32,000 nucleotides of DNA, taken from Geobacter sulfurreducens PCA (GTDB lineage Bacteria > Desulfobacterota > Desulfuromonadia > Geobacterales > Geobacteraceae). The position numbers and the translations under genes were made by a program. Shown one piece after another: positions 6,916-15,659 of this stretch. Below the pieces are notes generated by a model, which was not told the origin of the DNA, did not search any database, and saw only the letters and a program-made list of their open reading frames with translations. The DNA is taken from contig NC_002939.5 of NCBI RefSeq assembly GCF_000007985.2, positions 1,710,001 to 1,742,000 on the forward strand, in the 5' to 3' direction. How positions within the stretch are numbered: the first letter of the stretch is position 1; every line of letters starts with the position of its first letter.

Positions 6916-9888
6916 ATGAATGCTGCCGGAGCAGCCGGAAGGACCCATACTGCGGAACGGGCGGAGAACCGCCGGTGGCTCCGCGAGCAGATGAATCCCT
7001 ACTTCTTCATTGCCATGAAGGACGAGCCCGAGGCCCTGGCCGTCCTGACCCGCGAACTGGGCATGCTGCGGCGCAACAAGCGCCTGATCCTGGCCGACCG
7101 GGACAAGGCCTTGATCGTTGCCATGGTCAATCAGCCGGGCACCCTGTACGAGACCCTGCGCCGGATCCAGGAGCGGGAGATATCTTACGCCATGATCGCC
7201 CACTCGGACGACCCGATCCCCGGGCTTGACCAGAACCTGGAGATCCAGCGTTTCGAGTTCGACCGCAAGACCAACGATGACATCCTCGCCGGCAGGGACG
7301 TGCAGGTGCCGTTGGGCATCCGGCGCACGGTGGCGGCGGCGGTGCGGAAATACTACCCGGACTTCGATCTGGCCGATCTGGACCGGCTGCTCCGCATCCT
7401 CTGGCTCAACAACGAGAACTATGTCCGCATCTCCCCCCCCCGCAGGGTGGCCCAGGTGCTGCGGCTTCACCAGGAAGGAAACCGTTGCGGCGGCCTCTAC
7501 CTGGACGTGGAGGAGATGGAGAACGGTACGGCCGGCAACGAATCGCGGGTCTTCTTTGCCGTGGGGAACCCCCCCCAGAAGGATTTCCTCCTCCAGGTGA
7601 TGGAGGTTTTCAACCGGCTCGAACTGGGCGTGAACCGCGCCTATTGCCTGACCATCTCCAACGGCATCCATCCCTATTTCCTCGGGACGTTCTATGTGCG
7701 GCGGCGCGACGGAGAAGTGCTGCAGCGGGGGTCCGAGCTCTTCAGCAGGCTCCAGCGGGAACTGTCCAATACCCAACTCTTGGCGACCCGCTCCCATGCC
7801 TACCGCGAGTTCGTGATCACCGGACTCATGAGCGGCGAGGACGCCACCCTCACCAATGCCTTCATCGCCTTCTGTCATTCCAACCTGGCCCACAACCAGC
7901 CCGACCGCTTCGGCCTTGACGACGTGCGCGGCGCCTTCCTGGCCCACCCCGAGATCGCGCTGCAGCTGGCAAAGCTCTTCCGGGCCCGTTTCGACCCGGC
8001 CGTGGAGGGCCGGGCCGAGCTCTACGAGCGGGTGCTGGCCGAAACCCGGCGTGAGGTGGCGGATTACAACACCGGCCACCGCTACCTGGACGAGGTGCGC
8101 AGGACCATCTTCCACTGCTGCCTCACTTTCATCACCCGCACCCTGAAGACCAACTTCTTCGTGCTGGAGAAACAGGCCCTGGCCTTCCGGCTCGACCCCG
8201 CCTACCTGACCGAGCTGGGTACTGATTTTACCGCCGACCTGCCTCCGGCCATGCCCTTCCGAGTCACCTTTTTCTTCAGCCGCTTCGGATTCGGTTACCA
8301 CATCGGTTTCTCCGACATCGCCCGGGGAGGGTGGCGCACGGTCATCTGCCGTACCCCCGACGACCTGGTCACCAACGCCAATACCCTGTTCCGGGAGAAC
8401 TTCGTTCTGGCTCACACCCAGCACCTGAAGAACAAGGACATTTACGAGGGGGGCTCGAAGCTGGTGGTGGCCCTGGATGCCTCGGACCTGAAAGCGAAGG
8501 ACCGGCCCCTGGAGACCTGGCGCCTCTACAAGCTCCAGTACGGCATCACCGGCGCCTTCCTGGATATTTTTACCACCGACAACGGCGTGGCCCGGCATCC
8601 GGCAGTGGTGGACTACTACCGGGAGGACGAGCCCATCGAGCTCGGCCCCGACGAGAACATGCACGACAACATGATCGAGACCATCGCCTGGATGTCGAAA
8701 CGGCGCGGCTACATGCTCGGCATCGGGATCATGTCCAGCAAGCGGGTGGGGATCAACCACAAGGAGTACGGCGTCACCTCCACCGGCGTAGTGGCGTTCG
8801 CCGAGATCACGATGGCGGAGCTGGGCATCGACATCCGGCGGGATCCGTTCACCGTCAAGTTCACCGGCGGTCCCAACGGCGACGTGGCAGGGAACGCCCT
8901 CCGGATCATGCTGGAGCGCTGCCCCAAGGTGAAAATCGGCCTGATCCTCGACGGTACGGCGGCCCTGTGCGACCCCGAGGGCGCGGATCACGGTGAGCTG
9001 GGCCGCATCCTGCTGAAGGAGGACCTGGATGCCTTTGATCCGGCGGCGCTCCATCCGGGCGGGTTCATGCTGTTCCGCACCGGCAGCCGGCGCGAGGGGC
9101 TGCGGGAGCTTTTCCGGCGCGTGATCAAAACCGATGCGGGGCTCGTGGAGGAGTGGATCTCACTGGACGAATTCTCCAAGGAGTTCGGCGAGTTGATATT
9201 CAGCGTGCCGGCGGATCTCTTCATCCCCGCCGGCGGGCGCCCGGAAACAATCGATAAGGACAATTGGGACCAATTCCTCCTGCCTGACGGCACCCCGTCG
9301 GCCAGGGCCATCGTGGAAGGGGCCAACTCTTTCATCACCCCGCCGGCCCGCGTGGAGCTCCAGAAGAAGGGGATCATCGTCATGCGCGACGCCTCTGCCA
9401 ACAAGTGCGGCGTCATTTCTTCATCCTACGAGATCATCGCCAACCTGCTCCTGACGGAGAAGGAATTCATGGAGCACAAGGAGCGCTACGTGGCCGACGT
9501 GCTCCGGATTCTGGAAAAGCGGGCCGGCGACGAGGCCCGGCTGATCCTGAAGCGCCGCCGGGAGCAGCCGGGAACCCTGTGCACCGAGATATCGGACTCC
9601 CTGAGCACCGAGATCAACGCCAATTATGCACGGCTCTTCAGATTCTTCCAGGCCCGCCCTGAGCTCTGCCTGCAGCCTCTCTACCGCCGGGCGATTCTGG
9701 CGCACCTGCCCAAGATCATTGCCGAGGAAGCCCGTTTCCGCCGCCGCCTCACCCAACTGCCCCAGAAGTACCTGTCTGCCATTCTCGCCGCGGAGATCGG
9801 CTCGTCCATGGTCTATCGCGGCGACCGGGAAACCGAGTTCGAGGACATGATCAAGCTCCACCTGATGCGCAGTTTTTCGGCTATATAG
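6916..9888 (+). CDS. Large (~990 aa) NAD-glutamate-dehydrogenase-like protein (Glu/Leu/Phe/Val dehydrogenase superfamily)
   Basis: GAGGAG lies upstream of ATG 6916. There is a Lys/Gly-rich catalytic-like segment NKDIYEGGSKLVV, a dinucleotide-fold-like segment FTGGPNGDVAGNALR, and ANKCGVISSSYE. The size matches the large GDH classes. The call is by resemblance only. Confidence 0.7.
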   Translation: MNAAGAAGRTHTAERAENRRWLREQMNPYFFIAMKDEPEALAVLTRELGMLRRNKRLILADRDKALIVAMVNQPGTLYETLRRIQEREISYAMIAHSDDPIPGLDQNLEIQRFEFDRKTNDDILAGRDVQVPLGIRRTVAAAVRKYYPDFDLADLDRLLRILWLNNENYVRISPPRRVAQVLRLHQEGNRCGGLYLDVEEMENGTAGNESRVFFAVGNPPQKDFLLQVMEVFNRLELGVNRAYCLTISNGIHPYFLGTFYVRRRDGEVLQRGSELFSRLQRELSNTQLLATRSHAYREFVITGLMSGEDATLTNAFIAFCHSNLAHNQPDRFGLDDVRGAFLAHPEIALQLAKLFRARFDPAVEGRAELYERVLAETRREVADYNTGHRYLDEVRRTIFHCCLTFITRTLKTNFFVLEKQALAFRLDPAYLTELGTDFTADLPPAMPFRVTFFFSRFGFGYHIGFSDIARGGWRTVICRTPDDLVTNANTLFRENFVLAHTQHLKNKDIYEGGSKLVVALDASDLKAKDRPLETWRLYKLQYGITGAFLDIFTTDNGVARHPAVVDYYREDEPIELGPDENMHDNMIETIAWMSKRRGYMLGIGIMSSKRVGINHKEYGVTSTGVVAFAEITMAELGIDIRRDPFTVKFTGGPNGDVAGNALRIMLERCPKVKIGLILDGTAALCDPEGADHGELGRILLKEDLDAFDPAALHPGGFMLFRTGSRREGLRELFRRVIKTDAGLVEEWISLDEFSKEFGELIFSVPADLFIPAGGRPETIDKDNWDQFLLPDGTPSARAIVEGANSFITPPARVELQKKGIIVMRDASANKCGVISSSYEIIANLLLTEKEFMEHKERYVADVLRILEKRAGDEARLILKRRREQPGTLCTEISDSLSTEINANYARLFRFFQARPELCLQPLYRRAILAHLPKIIAEEARFRRRLTQLPQKYLSAILAAEIGSSMVYRGDRETEFEDMIKLHLMRSFSAI

Positions 9889-9916
9889 GCGTTCTATTGG
9901 TAAAGGAGAATCAGCC

Positions 9917-10108
9917 ATGTACCTGGCACGAGACAAGAACAACGATCTGTATCTTTTCGAGGCCCTTCCCATCAGGGGCTCCGAGTGCTGGTGGGCCGAA
10001 AAGGGGGTCGACGGCACCTACCTGCGGCTCAATCCGGTACTCTACCCAGAGGTGACATGGGATAAGGAGCCACTGCCCGTGCGGCTCATGGTGATGGAAG
10101 GGGAGTGA
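9917..10108 (+). CDS. Hypothetical small protein (63 aa)
   Basis: AAAGGAG lies 7 nt before the ATG. Codon usage is host-like. No recognisable motif. Confidence 0.5.
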   Translation: MYLARDKNNDLYLFEALPIRGSECWWAEKGVDGTYLRLNPVLYPEVTWDKEPLPVRLMVMEGE

Positions 10109-10216
10109 TTCAGGAGAACGTTACAGCTTCTGCAGGGTGGGAATCATGTTCGAAACGGGGAATAAGGAGGAAATCGGAACAAGGATGCCCTCCTTGCGAA
10201 AGGATGGGAGGAACCA

Positions 10217-10675
10217 ATGAACATCTATCTTGCATCGCCCCTCGGCTTCAGCCCCGAAACGAAGTCCTACCTTGAAAAGGTCAAAGATAAGCTCAAATCT
10301 CTGGGACACGATGTGTTCGACCCCTGGGAACAGGATCACTTTGCCGGGCGCATCGAGCAGGCCTTCCGGATAGAGAGCTTCCACGCCCGGGTGGAAGAGT
10401 TCAGGTCCATTGCGTCGGGCATCGGAGAGATAAACGAAAGCGGCATCATTGCGTGTGACGGATTGCTGGCGATACTGGACGGTGCCGAAATCGACTCGGG
10501 TACTGCCGGTGAGGTGGGATTCGCTTCGGCCCTTGGCAGGAAGTGTTACGGTCTGAGAACGGATATCAGGGACTGCGGGGACTTCGTCGGTATTCCTATA
10601 AATCTGCAGATACTTCGCTTCATCGAGCGTAGCGGCGGTTGTCTGTTCAGGTGTATTGACGATATTCGCCTGTGA
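10217..10675 (+). CDS. Nucleoside 2-deoxyribosyltransferase family protein
   Basis: GGGAGG lies upstream of the start. The N-terminus MNIYLASPLGFS and the segment LAILDGAEIDSGTAGEVGFASALGRKCYGL are typical of the NDT fold. Confidence 0.8.
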   Translation: MNIYLASPLGFSPETKSYLEKVKDKLKSLGHDVFDPWEQDHFAGRIEQAFRIESFHARVEEFRSIASGIGEINESGIIACDGLLAILDGAEIDSGTAGEVGFASALGRKCYGLRTDIRDCGDFVGIPINLQILRFIERSGGCLFRCIDDIRL

Positions 10676-10798
10676 GTCTGTAGTCGGCTTGCCCTTTGCC
10701 GGCTGACGGCAATTTATGGATAGAAAAGCATGTGATCACTGTCGCTGGGCTTCAGTTTGAAAAAATGTACTGAATTCCTGGAGGTTGTAAAAAGTCTC

Positions 10799-10828
10799 TT
10801 GACAGTCTTGCCATTAATTGTCTAGCAT
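10799..10828 (+). promoter_or_regulatory. Putative promoter of the Mn-riboswitch/htpX transcript
   Basis: TTGACA (10799-10804), an 18-nt spacer, then TAGCAT (10823-10828), about 10 nt upstream of the aptamer. Confidence 0.4.
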
Positions 10829-10837
10829 TTCATCAAC

Positions 10838-10940
10838 GTAAAGGGGAGTAGTTATCGGCACCAGAAAATGCCGACCCGGTTTCGTCATTACGGTCGAAGG
10901 ACCCGGAACCGGGGCAGATATCTGCCAACAAGACCTTTAT
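10838..10940 (+). ncRNA. Candidate yybP-ykoY (Mn2+) riboswitch aptamer
   Basis: The hallmark 5' element is GUAAAGGGGAGUAG (10838-10851). The matching 3' element is AACAAGACCUUUA (to 10939; consensus AGCAAGACCUUU). P1.1 pairs UAAAGG with CCUUUA, and P1.2 pairs GUU with AAC. Internal hairpins are UCGGCA/UGCCGA and GGCAG-AUAU-CUGCC. Confidence 0.7.
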
Positions 10941-10975
10941 CCAGGCATATGCCGGGGGTAAAGGTCTTTTTTATT
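10930..10975 (+). terminator. Intrinsic terminator competing with riboswitch P1
   Basis: AAGACCTTTA (10930-10939, the 3' strand of the aptamer P1/L1) is perfectly complementary to TAAAGGTCTT (10959-10968), which is followed by TTTTATTA. Aptamer closure and terminator are mutually exclusive, which predicts an ON switch. Confidence 0.65.
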
Positions 10976-11011
10976 ACCCCCGGCGATAGCAAATCGTCGG
11001 AGGTAATGACA

Positions 11012-11872
11012 ATGAACAGGCTCAAGACAACCCTTCTCCTCTCCCTGCTGACCGTTCTCATGGTCCTCATGGGCAGTGCCCTGGGCGGCAAGTCCGGTAT
11101 GATCACGGCTTTTGTCATAGCCCTTGGCATGAACTTCTTCTCCTACTGGTTTTCCGACAAGATCGTCCTCAAGATGTACGGAGCCCGCGAGGTCGACGAG
11201 CACGACCATCCGCAGTTCTACGGCATGGTTCGCCGCCTGGCCCTTCAGGCGGGGCTCCCCATGCCCAAGGTCTACATCATCCCGTCCGACAGCCCCAACG
11301 CCTTTGCCACGGGAAGGAATCCGCAGCATGCCGCCGTAGCCGCGACAGAAGGCATCTTGCGGATTCTGTCGCCGGATGAACTCGAAGGGGTAATGGCCCA
11401 TGAACTTGCCCACGTCCAGAACCGGGACATCCTGGTGGGAACCATTGCCGCCACCTTCGCCGGTGCAATCTCCATGATCGGCAACATGCTCCAGTGGGGC
11501 GCCATGCTCGGCGTCGGCAGAAACGACGACGAGGAGGGGGGCGCCGGCGGCCTGATGGGTTCGCTGGTCATGGCCATTGTCGCACCCATGGCGGCCATGC
11601 TGATCCAGATGGCGGTCTCGCGCTCCCGGGAGTACCTGGCGGACGAAACCGGCGCAAGGATCTGCGGCAGACCACTGGCACTGGCCAATGCCCTGCGCAA
11701 ACTCCATGTCGCATCTCACAGCATACCCATGCAGGAGGCCAGACCGGCCTCAGCACACATGTTCATCGTTAATCCACTGACCGGGGGCAGCCTCCTCTCC
11801 CTCTTCTCGACCCACCCGCCAATGGAGGAGCGGATTGCCCGGCTTGAAGCGATGTCCAGAACATCAAGGTAA
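11012..11872 (+). CDS. htpX: Zinc metalloprotease HtpX
   Basis: GGAGG (10999-11003) lies 8 nt before ATG 11012. The N-terminus [21 protein letters not shown] is a TM segment. [10 protein letters not shown] provides the HExxH motif. The C-terminus [13 protein letters not shown] is typical of HtpX. Confidence 0.9.
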   Translation: MNRLKTTLLLSLLTVLMVLMGSALGGKSGMITAFVIALGMNFFSYWFSDKIVLKMYGAREVDEHDHPQFYGMVRRLALQAGLPMPKVYIIPSDSPNAFATGRNPQHAAVAATEGILRILSPDELEGVMAHELAHVQNRDILVGTIAATFAGAISMIGNMLQWGAMLGVGRNDDEEGGAGGLMGSLVMAIVAPMAAMLIQMAVSRSREYLADETGARICGRPLALANALRKLHVASHSIPMQEARPASAHMFIVNPLTGGSLLSLFSTHPPMEERIARLEAMSRTSR

Positions 11873-11894
11873 CCAAAGAAAGGAGAACAGCACC

Positions 11895-12188
11895 ATGAAG
11901 TGTCCCGTCTGCACCACCGTCAATCTGGTAATGTCTGAACGCCAGGGAATCGAAATCGATTACTGCCCCGAATGCCGCGGGGTATGGCTGGACCGGGGAG
12001 AACTCGACAAGATCATCGAGCGAACCCAGACCAAGGAGACAGCCGCAACCCACTCGCCACAACCAGCCGCGCAACCGGCATATGCCCCGCAGCAGACAGG
12101 GCACGCACCGGCAGGTTACGGCTACAGCCACGGCCACGGCCACAAACCGTACCGGAAGAAATCGTTTCTGGAAGAACTGTTTGACTGA
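11895..12188 (+). CDS. TFIIB-type zinc-ribbon protein with low-complexity His/Gly/Tyr-rich tail
   Basis: AAAGGAG lies upstream of ATG 11895. CPVC...CPEC forms a zinc ribbon (MKCPVCTTVNLVMSERQGIEIDYCPECRGVWLDRGELDKIIE). The tail contains GYGYSHGHGHKPYRKKSFLEELFD. Confidence 0.75.
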   Translation: MKCPVCTTVNLVMSERQGIEIDYCPECRGVWLDRGELDKIIERTQTKETAATHSPQPAAQPAYAPQQTGHAPAGYGYSHGHGHKPYRKKSFLEELFD

Positions 12189-12260
12189 AACCAGAGCGAA
12201 AGAGCGGTCCCAAGTGGATTCAAGCCAGCCTTGTCAACACTATAGCGAAAGGAGACGCTC

Positions 12261-12476
12261 ATGCCCCACTTCAGAAAAGATTGCAGCACTAAAGAGAAAA
12301 AAGCACGCCGTACTTTGGGTAATCGGCTCGACAACGTGATTTCCATAAGAATCAGCGACCAGGAAAAACGCAATCTTGAGCGCCTTATCAAGCGTTCTTC
12401 CAAGAGTGTCTCGGAGGTCATGCGGGAGGCACTGGAGCTCTGGTCGTACAAGCAGCGTGCTCTATTCAGCGAGTAA
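12261..12476 (+). CDS. Ribbon-helix-helix (CopG/Arc-like) DNA-binding protein
   Basis: AAAGGAG lies upstream of the start. VISIRISDQEKRNLERLIKRSSKSVSEVMREALELW fits a beta-strand-helix-helix pattern. Confidence 0.6.
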   Translation: MPHFRKDCSTKEKKARRTLGNRLDNVISIRISDQEKRNLERLIKRSSKSVSEVMREALELWSYKQRALFSE

Positions 12477-12497
12477 CAGCGAGTCCAGTCTGGAAGT

Positions 12498-12540
12498 CTG
12501 GCCAGTGTCCGTCCGGAGTCTCCGGCTGGACACTGGCCGG
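12498..12540 (+). repeat. Long inverted repeat/hairpin downstream of the RHH gene
   Basis: GGCCAGTGTCC (12500-12510) pairs with GGACACTGGCC (12528-12538), plus flanking pairs, and an inner CCGG/CCGG stem. No clear U-tract follows. Confidence 0.4.
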
Positions 12541-12698
12541 TTATCCGAGCAGCCATTCAACTGGCTCGTGCATTGAGGGTCGCACGGTGGTGCGCACGGT
12601 GCCCCGCACAAGAAGTTCCGTAGTTTGACGCCGCCACGAATAAAAAAATCTTTCAGGATGAAAACGAATAGCCCTCAGAAACGGGAAAGGTAATCACT

Positions 12699-13643
12699 AT
12701 GGCAACATCAACGATATTATGGGGAGGGTTCATACTGCTGGTGGTCATTATGCTGGCCGTTGACCTCGGGATGAACCGCAAGAGTCATAGGGTATCCTTT
12801 AAGGAGGCCCTCGGCTGGAGCATCCTCTGGGTCGGCCTGGCACTGGCCTTCAACGTGGGGATATACTTCGTGTTGGGCCAACAGAAGGCCCTGGAGTTCC
12901 TGACCGGCTACCTGATTGAAAAATCCCTGTCCGTTGACAACCTGTTCGTGTTCATCATGATATTCACGGTCTTCGGGGTTCGCGGCGAACTGCAGGCCCG
13001 GGTGCTGAAGTGGGGTATCCTGGGTGCCCTGATAATGCGGGTAGTTTTCATCTTTCTCGGGGCTGAACTGCTGGAGCGTTTCCAGTGGCTTTTCTACATC
13101 TTCGGTGCAGTGCTGATCTATACAGCCTCCAAGATGGCATTTGGCGCCAGCGAAGAAATGGACCCGGACAAGAATCTCATGGTGAGGTTGGCGCGCAAGG
13201 TTCTGCCCATGACCCGGAAGATCCGTGGCGACTGGTTCTTCACCCGCCGATTGGGCCTCTGGGTTGCCAGTCCGCTATTCATGGTTCTTCTCGTGGTTGA
13301 GAGCAGCGACCTTGTCTTTGCGCTCGATTCGATACCGGCCATCTTTGCCATCACCCTTGACCCCTTTATCGTGCTCACGTCCAACGTGTTTGCCATCATG
13401 GGGCTACGGGCCTTGTATTTCCTGCTGGCAGAAGTAATGGGAATGTTTGCCTATCTGAAGTACGGGATATCATTCATTCTGGCTTTTGTCGGCATAAAGA
13501 TGATTCTGATTATGCTTGGAGTACATATTCCCATTGCCATATCCCTTGGGGTTATCGTCTTGAGTCTGGTAGTTGCCATGGGATTGTCTTTGCTGGCCAA
13601 CCGCATGGGGTATGCCAACAGGGTGTCCGGGGAGATTCCGTAG
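12699..13643 (+). CDS. TerC/Alx family integral membrane protein
   Basis: The protein has multiple TM segments. EFLTGYLIEKSLSVDNLFVFIMIF and the later SDLVFALDSIPAIFAIT are the duplicated TerC signature. Confidence 0.9.
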   Translation: MATSTILWGGFILLVVIMLAVDLGMNRKSHRVSFKEALGWSILWVGLALAFNVGIYFVLGQQKALEFLTGYLIEKSLSVDNLFVFIMIFTVFGVRGELQARVLKWGILGALIMRVVFIFLGAELLERFQWLFYIFGAVLIYTASKMAFGASEEMDPDKNLMVRLARKVLPMTRKIRGDWFFTRRLGLWVASPLFMVLLVVESSDLVFALDSIPAIFAITLDPFIVLTSNVFAIMGLRALYFLLAEVMGMFAYLKYGISFILAFVGIKMILIMLGVHIPIAISLGVIVLSLVVAMGLSLLANRMGYANRVSGEIP

Positions 13644-13855
13644 TCGCGCAGGTCGATAAGGGAACAATTTTCGCTGCATGGCAGAATCCTTTGCAAACAT
13701 CTATTGTCACTGGTGTTAGAGGCCAATACTTACCTTTCCCTCGCTTCTGCGGACATGCCGTGGATGTTGTGAGAGATCGGTTTGGGGACTTCACGGTACG
13801 TTCGGTACTATCCTGCTGATACTCTGATTGCCTTGGGTTGAGGGAGCCGTCAGGA

Positions 13856-14953
13856 ATGAGAATAGCAATCGAGGAGTACTCATCCGCGTGGGAGAGAGCT
13901 TTTCTGGCCGAGCGAAAGCGCCTCTTGGGTACTGCACTCCCAGTAGATGCCCACGTTGAGCATATCGGCAGTACGGCGGTTACAGGGTTGGCTGCAAAGC
14001 CGGTCATTGATATCATGATCGGCCTTCTGAGGGAGAAGGAGCTTGACGTACTGGTCGGTCCTGTCAGAAGTCTCGGCTACGAGTACCTGCCCGAATATGA
14101 GACGGTGATGCCGTTCCGTCGCTTTTTCCGGCGCATCGGTGATGCCGGGGTTTCATTTCATCTGCATGCGGTAGTTAAGGAGACGGCATTCTGGCAGGAT
14201 CACCTGCTGTTCCGCGATCTGCTGCGCGGCGACGATGCCTTGCGAACTGCTTACGAAGCCCTGAAAAAACAGCTGTCTGAGCAGGAGTGGCCATCGGGAG
14301 ACCAGTACGCCGCAGCCAAATTTGGCTTCATTAAGGAAGCACTCTCGCGCGGCCGGATCGCAGGTGCTGGAGCTACCGGTAGGGTTGTCTACCAGGTCTC
14401 CTCGGTGCCGCTGGCACCCGGCGCCTGGTTGCGGCCCTACTACCTGCAGCGTTATGGAGCTATGATCAATGCGGCCATAGCGGCTCTCTCCACCGGTGAA
14501 AAAGCGCTTCTCGCCTATTGCCAGAAGGAGGCATGGCTGCTCCTGGAGATGCCGCAGGAGATCCCGTCTTTGAAGCCCGAACAGCTCAAAATGATGATCG
14601 TGCTTGAAGCCCTTTTCGAGCAGGTGCGGCATGAGGAGGCCCCCACGCTGCCGAGCCGCCTGGCGAGCATATTCACCTGGCCGGTGCCGGGGGTGGCGCA
14701 GCGCTTCAGGGATGCCTATTTCCCCGGCGGGGTCATTCACCGCTGCGTGATCCGGTCCGGCTCTGCCCTCGAATTCGACGGCGCCCTGCTGCCGCCGGGG
14801 ATCAACCTCGACCAGGCCGGCCCGCTTGCCATGGCCGAAGAGGTGAGGCGTGTCCGGCAGCGGGCGGAACGCTACTGGCGCCGCGCCCATGAACCGGAGT
14901 TCCCTGAGCTGCTGGTGCAAGGGACCGTGGAAGTGGTCGGGCGGGAGGGTTGA
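13856..14953 (+). CDS. GrpB-domain protein fused to an uncharacterised ~190-aa C-terminal domain
   Basis: GAGGGAG lies 9 nt before ATG 13856. The N-terminal half carries the GrpB/UPF0157 signature (HIGSTAVTGLAAKPVIDIMIG, FHLHAV). The C-terminal half (from about 14400) has no motif I can name with confidence. Confidence 0.75.
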   Translation: MRIAIEEYSSAWERAFLAERKRLLGTALPVDAHVEHIGSTAVTGLAAKPVIDIMIGLLREKELDVLVGPVRSLGYEYLPEYETVMPFRRFFRRIGDAGVSFHLHAVVKETAFWQDHLLFRDLLRGDDALRTAYEALKKQLSEQEWPSGDQYAAAKFGFIKEALSRGRIAGAGATGRVVYQVSSVPLAPGAWLRPYYLQRYGAMINAAIAALSTGEKALLAYCQKEAWLLLEMPQEIPSLKPEQLKMMIVLEALFEQVRHEEAPTLPSRLASIFTWPVPGVAQRFRDAYFPGGVIHRCVIRSGSALEFDGALLPPGINLDQAGPLAMAEEVRRVRQRAERYWRRAHEPEFPELLVQGTVEVVGREG

Positions 14954-15009
14954 CGTCCGGCCACACAACTAATAGTTGGTGCACGAACGTGCGGTGGGAG
15001 ACTGGAACG

Positions 15010-15537
15010 ATGGATGTCATCTATTATGTCGCAGCAAGCCTGGACGGCTACATTGCCACGCCGGACGGGGGCGTTGCCTGGCTGGCACCGTTCGAAAATG
15101 CCGGCGAGGATTACGGTTACGCTGAATTCTACGCGTCGGTCGATGCCCTGCTTATGGGGAGCGCCACTTACGAGAAAACGCTTTCGTTCGGCGCATGGCC
15201 CTACGAGGGAAAACCTTGCCGCGTCTTTTCAAGGCAAGAGCATGCGGTACCGACTCATGATGTCGTGATTACCGATGCCACACCGGACGACGTGCTCCAT
15301 TCCCTGTTGCGCAACGGCTGCCGGCGCGCCTGGCTGGTCGGGGGCGGTGTGCTGGCGGCGTCATTTCTTCAACGGCGATTGATCAGCGAGTACATCGTTT
15401 CCATCGTCCCGGTCATCTTGGGAGGGGGGATTCCGATGATTTCACCCAACAGAATACGGGAGTCACTGACGCTGCTGGAAACCAAAGTCTGCACCGGTGG
15501 TATCGTGCAGGTCCGATACCGCTCGGAAGGGCACTGA
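15010..15537 (+). CDS. Dihydrofolate reductase-like (RibD C-terminal domain) protein
   Basis: GGGAG lies before ATG 15010. MDVIYYVAASLDGYIATPDGGVAWL and LLMGSATYE are typical of the family. Confidence 0.85.
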   Translation: MDVIYYVAASLDGYIATPDGGVAWLAPFENAGEDYGYAEFYASVDALLMGSATYEKTLSFGAWPYEGKPCRVFSRQEHAVPTHDVVITDATPDDVLHSLLRNGCRRAWLVGGGVLAASFLQRRLISEYIVSIVPVILGGGIPMISPNRIRESLTLLETKVCTGGIVQVRYRSEGH

Positions 15538-15659
15538 TCCGTCGATTACCGCTGTTTGGGTAACATGCGGATCTTTCGTCGACAGGCGGCGGGACGACCT
15601 GGTGAGCAGCTTTGGCATTGATTGCCCTTCGTTACGAAGGGAGTGAGGGTAACAACTTC

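Noticed and set aside
10121-10384. An 87-aa minus-strand ORF overlapping the start of the nucleoside deoxyribosyltransferase gene.
   Set aside because: It is antisense to a well-supported gene. It has no RBS and no recognisable motif.
10868-11011. An upstream extension of the htpX ORF ([19 protein letters not shown]...).
   Set aside because: It overlaps the riboswitch aptamer and terminator. It is Arg-rich with no RBS. The internal ATG 11012 has a GGAGG at ideal spacing and starts at the expected HtpX TM helix.
12477-12698. A second Mn (yybP-ykoY) riboswitch directly upstream of the TerC gene, which is its usual location.
   Set aside because: No GGGGAGUAG or AAGACC element is present on either strand. 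Only unrelated hairpins are found.
13676-13692. A sigma54-like element TGGCAG-N-TTTGCA upstream of the GrpB gene.
   Set aside because: The GG-to-GC spacing is 13 nt instead of the strict 12. The site lies about 165 nt from the start, and no enhancer-binding protein gene is nearby.
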